Source: Anaeromyxobacteraceae bacterium
Lineage (GTDB): Bacteria; Myxococcota; Myxococcia; Myxococcales; Anaeromyxobacteraceae
Length of the DNA: 64,000 nucleotides
Assembly (NCBI GenBank): GCA_032654565.1
Contig: JAULAX010000009.1
Span: forward strand, 224,001-288,000
Direction: 5' to 3'
A program made the position numbers and the translations under genes. Each line of letters starts with the position of its first letter. Positions within the stretch are counted from its first letter, which is position 1. The notes beneath the pieces were generated by a model. It did not search any database and was not told the origin of the DNA. It saw only the letters and a program-made list of their open reading frames with translations. Below, one piece after another: positions 61,396 through 64,000 of the stretch.

Positions 61396-62982
61396 TCAGC
61401 GGCCCACGTCGCGCAGGACCTCGCGGGCCGCGTTGTAGCCGCAGGCCCCCATGACCCCGCCGCCCGGGTGGGTGGCGGCGCCGCAGAGGTAGAGGTTGGC
61501 CACCGGGGTCCGGTAGTCGGCGTAGCCGGGGATGGGGCGCATCGAGAAGAGCTGCGAGAGCCCCATCGACCCCTGGAAGATGTTGCCGCCGGTGAGCCCG
61601 AAGCGGCGCTCCAGGTCGAGCGGCGAGAGCACCTCGCGGTGCAGCACCGAGTCCCTGAAGCCCGGCGCGTACCGCTCCAGCAGGTCGACGCAGCGGTCGG
61701 CGAAGGGCTCCTTCTGCTCGTCCCAGGTCCCCTCGGCCAGCGCGTAGGGAGCGTACTGGACGAAGATCGACATCAGGTGCTTCCCCGGCGGCGCCACGCT
61801 GGGATCGACCACCGAGGGGATGGTGGCCTCCAGGATGGGCTCCCGCGAGGGCCGGCCGGCCCGGGCGTCGTCGAAGGCCCGCTCCATGTACGCGAGCGAC
61901 GGGCAGATGTGGATGGTGCCGCGGTGCTGCGGGCCCGGGGCCCCCGGCCGGGCCGTGAAGTCGGGCAGGCGGGAGAGCGCCAGGTTGATCTTGAGCGAGG
62001 CGCTCGAGTAGTCGATGGACCGCACCGCCTCGGCCGCCTCGTCGGGAAGGTGCTCCGCCCCCACCAGCTCCAGCAGCGTCACCGTGGCGTCGGCGCAGGA
62101 GACCACCCGGCGGGCGGTCAGCGCGGTGCCGTCGGCCAGCACCACGCCGGTGGCGCGGCCGTCACGGACCTCGATGCGGGCCACCCGGGCGTCGCAGCGG
62201 ATCTCGGCGCCGTGCTCCCGGGCCGCCGCGGCCAGCGCCTCGGGGAGCGCCCCCATGCCCCCCTTGACGTAGCCCCAGACGCCGCGGGCGCCGTTGCACT
62301 CCCCCATGACGTGGTGGAAGAGCACGTAGGCGGTGCCGGGCGTGGCCGGCGACGCGAAGGCCCCGATGATGGCGTCGGTGGCCAGGGTGGCCTTGAGCTC
62401 GTCCGACTCGAACCAGCGATCCAGGATGGTCCGGGCCGGGGCGGTGAGGATCTCCACGGCGCGCGGGCCGTCGGCCCCCAGCCTGGCGAAGCGGAGCGCG
62501 GTCTTCCCCAGCCGCCAGAGGTCGCCGAGCCGGCGCGAGAAGGGATCCGGCGGCGTCTCCAGCAGCGTCGGCTCGATGGCCCCGGCGATGCGCAGCAGCA
62601 TGGCCTCGTAGGCGGGGAGCCGCCCGGCGTCCCGCGCCGAGAACCTCGCCACCTCGCGCCGGTTGAGCTCCGGGTCGGGCCCCATCAGCAGCGAGCGGCC
62701 GTCGGGCAACGGCGTGAAGGAGGAGGGGTCGCGGGGCAGCACCTGGTAGCCGTGGCGCGTCAGCTCGAGGTCGCGGACGATCTCGGGGCGGAACAGGCTG
62801 ACCACGTAGGCGGCGCTGGAGACGCGGTAGCCCGGCCAGGTCTCCTCGGTGGTGGCGGCGCCGCCCACCCGGTCCCGGGCCTCGAGGACCAGCACCCGCT
62901 GCCCGGCCCGGGCCAGGTAGGCGGCGGTGACCAGGCCGTTGTGTCCGGCGCCGACGACGATGACGTCAACGCTGGTGGCCAT
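61396..62982 (-). CDS. Phytoene dehydrogenase-like FAD oxidoreductase (PYROXD2-like)
   Basis: GAGHNGL, LEARDRVGGA, GGMG, GGNIFQG and LYLCGAATHPGGGV. Confidence 0.88.
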   Translation of the reverse strand: MATSVDVIVVGAGHNGLVTAAYLARAGQRVLVLEARDRVGGAATTEETWPGYRVSSAAYVVSLFRPEIVRDLELTRHGYQVLPRDPSSFTPLPDGRSLLMGPDPELNRREVARFSARDAGRLPAYEAMLLRIAGAIEPTLLETPPDPFSRRLGDLWRLGKTALRFARLGADGPRAVEILTAPARTILDRWFESDELKATLATDAIIGAFASPATPGTAYVLFHHVMGECNGARGVWGYVKGGMGALPEALAAAAREHGAEIRCDARVARIEVRDGRATGVVLADGTALTARRVVSCADATVTLLELVGAEHLPDEAAEAVRSIDYSSASLKINLALSRLPDFTARPGAPGPQHRGTIHICPSLAYMERAFDDARAGRPSREPILEATIPSVVDPSVAPPGKHLMSIFVQYAPYALAEGTWDEQKEPFADRCVDLLERYAPGFRDSVLHREVLSPLDLERRFGLTGGNIFQGSMGLSQLFSMRPIPGYADYRTPVANLYLCGAATHPGGGVMGACGYNAAREVLRDVGR

Positions 62983-62983
62983 G

Positions 62984-63823
62984 TCAGCCTCTCCCCAGCG
63001 GCCTGCCGCTCCGGCACCACTCGCTGAAGGAGCCGACGTAGTGCGAGGCCCCGTCGAGCCCGGCCAGCTCCAGCGCCAGCAGCGTGTGGCAGGCGGTGAC
63101 CCCGGAGCCGCAGTGGACCACCAGCCGCTCCGGCGGCGTGCCGGCGAGCAGCGCCAGATAGCTGGCCCGGAGCTCGGCCGGCGGCTTGAAGCGGCCGGCG
63201 GCGTCGAGGTTCTCGGCGAAGGGCAGGTTGACGGTGCCGGGGATGCGGCCGGCCACCGGGTCGAGCGGCTCCGACTCGCCGCGCCAGCGCTCCCGGCTGC
63301 GGACGTCGAGCACCTTCCAGGCCGGGTCCTGCACCAGCCGCTCCACGGCGGCGAGCGCCACGGTCGGGCGCTGCCAGGCGCTGCAGGGGTAGGGAAGCGC
63401 AGCCGGGACCGGCGGCGGAAGCGCAGTGGTCAGCGCCGCGCCCGCGGCCTGGGCCGCCTGGAGCCCGCCGTCGAGCACCGCCACGTTCCGGTGGCCGACC
63501 GCCCGCAGCATCCACCAGAGCCGGGCGGCGGCGTTGCCGCCCGCGGCGGCGTCGGAGGCGACCACCCGGGTCTCGGGGCCAATCCCCCAGGCCCCCAGCT
63601 GGGCGCACCAGGTGGCCAGCGAGGGGAGCGGGTGGCGGCCGCCGCGCGCCGGGTCGAAGCCGGGCTCGGAGGCGGCGCTGAGCTGGACGTTCAGGTCGGC
63701 GTGGAGGGCGCCGTCGAGGTGCCCGGCGGCGTAGCCCTCGACGCCGGGGCGGGCGTCGAGGAGGCGGACGGAGGTCGGCGCGGCGAGCAGCGCTTCAGCT
63801 GAGATGAGCGGACCGAAGGGCAT
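62984..63823 (-). CDS. sseA: Two-domain rhodanese / 3-mercaptopyruvate sulfurtransferase
   Basis: GRHPLP, AARLWW, VLDGG, GRIPG, active-site CGSGVTAC and YVGSFSEW. Confidence 0.88.
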   Translation of the reverse strand: MPFGPLISAEALLAAPTSVRLLDARPGVEGYAAGHLDGALHADLNVQLSAASEPGFDPARGGRHPLPSLATWCAQLGAWGIGPETRVVASDAAAGGNAAARLWWMLRAVGHRNVAVLDGGLQAAQAAGAALTTALPPPVPAALPYPCSAWQRPTVALAAVERLVQDPAWKVLDVRSRERWRGESEPLDPVAGRIPGTVNLPFAENLDAAGRFKPPAELRASYLALLAGTPPERLVVHCGSGVTACHTLLALELAGLDGASHYVGSFSEWCRSGRPLGRG

Positions 63824-63856
63824 GGGACGGGTCTAGCAGATGCGCGTCCGGCCCGC

Positions 63857-64000
63857 CTAGAAGGAGTTCCTCCCCTCGACCGTGAGGGTCCAGGGCGAGC
63901 AGGATGAGCCAGCGAAATACTTCACGTAGATCCAGACGTCGAAGCTGTCGTCCGCGGCCGTGTCGATCCGGTTCAGGATGACCTGCTCCGGTAGGCCGGA
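63857..64000 (-). CDS. 3' end of an unidentified CDS (window-truncated)
   Basis: Open frame SGLPEQVILNRIDTAADDSFDVWIYVKYFAGSSCSPWTLTVEGRNSF-stop. Confidence 0.55.
   Translation of the reverse strand, partial: SGLPEQVILNRIDTAADDSFDVWIYVKYFAGSSCSPWTLTVEGRNSF

Overview
Very GC-rich bacterial DNA, most likely Myxococcota (Anaeromyxobacter-like). This is inferred from a TIGR02265/DUF2378-type gene, an MshEN-domain protein, a DnaK-like paralogue and a multiheme cytochrome. Bases 1-31.7 kb hold the second half of a large flagellar cluster: motB, fliLMNOPQR-flhBAFG-fliA, fliJ, flgFGAHIJMNKL, fliC, fliD and fliS. Four glycosyltransferase genes are interleaved. Cis-elements are readable by eye: several sigma54 -24/-12 promoters, FleQ-like GTCA-N6-TGAC boxes, a second enhancer type upstream of flgF, and sigma28 promoters nested in coding tails. 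The best candidate for an undescribed component is a 773-aa ORF between flgL and fliC that looks like a full-length class I adenylate cyclase homologue without its catalytic residues. The rest of the window holds a SAM methyltransferase divergent from an NBD-only Hsp70, a hexaheme cytochrome, MBL hydrolases, a BON/lipoprotein pair and an ice-binding (DUF3494) lipoprotein. That lipoprotein is divergent from a double-glycine peptide plus exported C39 peptidase pair. Then follow a REC-truncated cyclase, DUF885, tRNA-Glu and tRNA-Gln, an aspA/fumC-family lyase, clpS-clpA, a czcCBA-like efflux system with a two-component pair, and housekeeping-type enzymes. No CRISPR array, integrase or transposase was seen. 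All protein calls come from motif recognition by eye; no database searches were run.
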